From an uncultured Lachnospiraceae bacterium (lineage in GTDB: Bacteria; Bacillota; Clostridia; Lachnospirales; CAG-274), in contig CAYMAA010000010.1 of NCBI GenBank assembly GCA_964388305.1, positions 1 through 26,659 on the forward strand: a stretch of DNA of 26,659 bases. Reading direction: 5' to 3'. This document shows positions 25,930 to 26,659 of the stretch, piece by piece. Both the position numbers and the translations under genes were made by a program. A model generated the notes under the pieces. The model made no database searches. It was not told the origin of the DNA and worked only from the letters and a program-made list of their open reading frames with translations. Positions within the stretch are counted from its first letter, which is position 1. Every line of letters starts with the position of its first letter.

Positions 25930-25963
25930 GGGCAGAAAAATCATAAAACCGGTTTTTCTGCCC
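25930..25963. repeat. Palindromic GGGCAGAAAAA...TTTTTCTGCCC hairpin element
   Basis: 10-11 bp perfect arms. The arm sequence recurs in the hairpin at 26126-26161 and once unpaired at 23952-23963. TATGGT lies on both flanks (25921-25926 and 25964-25969). Confidence 0.5.
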
Positions 25964-26125
25964 TATGGTGGATATTAATGAGAAAGAACATTATAATTTC
26001 TCTTATAAATAAAGATAACCCCAAATAAACAAAACAGCGGAAAACAGCGCATTTTGGCGCAATAAATCGTATGAGTACGAAAAAATAAGAGCCGCAGGCA
26101 TGTGTTAAAAACGGGTTATAAACGG

Positions 26126-26161
26126 AAAGGCAGAAAAATCAAGGAGGATTTTTCTGCCTTT
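26126..26161 (-). terminator. 15-bp hairpin downstream of the CAP-domain gene (possible terminator)
   Basis: AAAGGCAGAAAAATC pairs with GATTTTTCTGCCTTT. On the minus strand it is followed by CCGUUUAU, a weak U-tract. It lies ~75 nt past the stop at 26237. Confidence 0.4.
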
Positions 26162-26236
26162 AGCTTTGCGTATTATTTTAGCCTTGTCCGCTTAGCGGCA
26201 GGTACTTGGTCATTATCCCTACCGCTTATATATGTA

Positions 26237-26659
26237 TTAGTTTGTAAAAATTTGTACCCAATATGGCGTGCCGTTTTTAACAACATAGCCTACGCCCAGT
26301 TTGCCATAGGAGGAGTTTAAAATGTTTGCCCTATGCCCTTCGGAGTTCATCCATGAGGTCATAACAGCTTCGGCGTTTTTTTGACCGTAGGCTATGTTCT
26401 CGCCTGCGTGTGTGTATGAAATTCCAAGCGTTTTAAGCATTTCAAAAGGTGTGCCGTATGTGGGCGAGGTGTGGCTGAAATACCCGTTATCCGCCATATC
26501 CTGAGCTTTAAGCGTTGCCGCATTGTTAAGCTGCGAGCTTAAAGAAAGGGGCGATAAGCCTGCCGAGGCTCTTTCCTTATTTACAAGAGAAAGTATTTGT
26601 TGCGCCATGGAGGAATTTACGGCAGGTGTTTGAGTAGTCTGCTCCGTGGTTTGCTCCGC
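26237..26659 (-). CDS. CAP/SCP/PR-1-like (YkwD-family) secreted protein, 5' end outside the window
   Basis: CAP-domain motifs (NKERASAGLSPL, GYFSHTSP, GENIAYG, GHRANIL). The reading frame stays open to the window edge through a T/Q/E-rich linker, so the true start lies beyond 26659. Confidence 0.8.
   Translation of the reverse strand, partial: AEQTTEQTTQTPAVNSSMAQQILSLVNKERASAGLSPLSLSSQLNNAATLKAQDMADNGYFSHTSPTYGTPFEMLKTLGISYTHAGENIAYGQKNAEAVMTSWMNSEGHRANILNSSYGKLGVGYVVKNGTPYWVQIFTN

Noticed and set aside
25657-25944. A 95-aa minus-strand ORF overlapping the 3' end of the small P-loop-like gene and the downstream gap.
   Set aside because: It has low-complexity SFS repeats and no RBS, and it overlaps a better-supported gene and its terminator.

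Overview
This is a chromosomal, mostly housekeeping window from a moderately AT-rich Firmicute; gene content, sigma-A-type promoters and Bacillus-type Pho boxes suggest Clostridia. In order, the window contains:
- pgi (+), a NudC-like NUDIX hydrolase (+) and a DUF454/YbaN membrane protein (+)
- tspO (-) and cfa (-)
- a ~1.3 kb non-coding gap (4102-5407)
- rny (+) and two paralogous acidic lipoproteins (+)
- a ZnuABC-type zinc ABC importer (-)
- an FMN riboswitch followed by ribD-ribE-ribBA-ribH (+)
- pstS-pstC-pstA-pstB-phoU (-) with three phased Pho boxes
- a decayed MazG-like pseudogene (+)
- PTS EIICBA-ptsH-ptsI (-)
- a GH105 unsaturated rhamnogalacturonyl hydrolase (+), a small P-loop-like ORF (+) and a 5'-truncated CAP/SCP-domain gene (-)

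The stand-out is the gap between cfa and rny. It holds two tandem, diverged copies of what looks like a self-contained minus-strand RNA gene (~296 nt and ~235 nt). Each copy has:
- its own near-consensus promoter (TTGATT-17-TATAAT) inside a conserved ~70 bp upstream block
- a 5' hairpin with a compensatory base-pair change between copies
- a ~27-30 bp closing helix followed by a U-tract
- an internal terminator-like hairpin crossed by an alternative helix
- a hairpin whose loop presents an anti-Shine-Dalgarno-like CUCCUUUC
- a module that differs in length between copies

I cannot assign it to a known RNA family from memory. I see no defence system, CRISPR array, transposase, tRNA or rRNA in the window.
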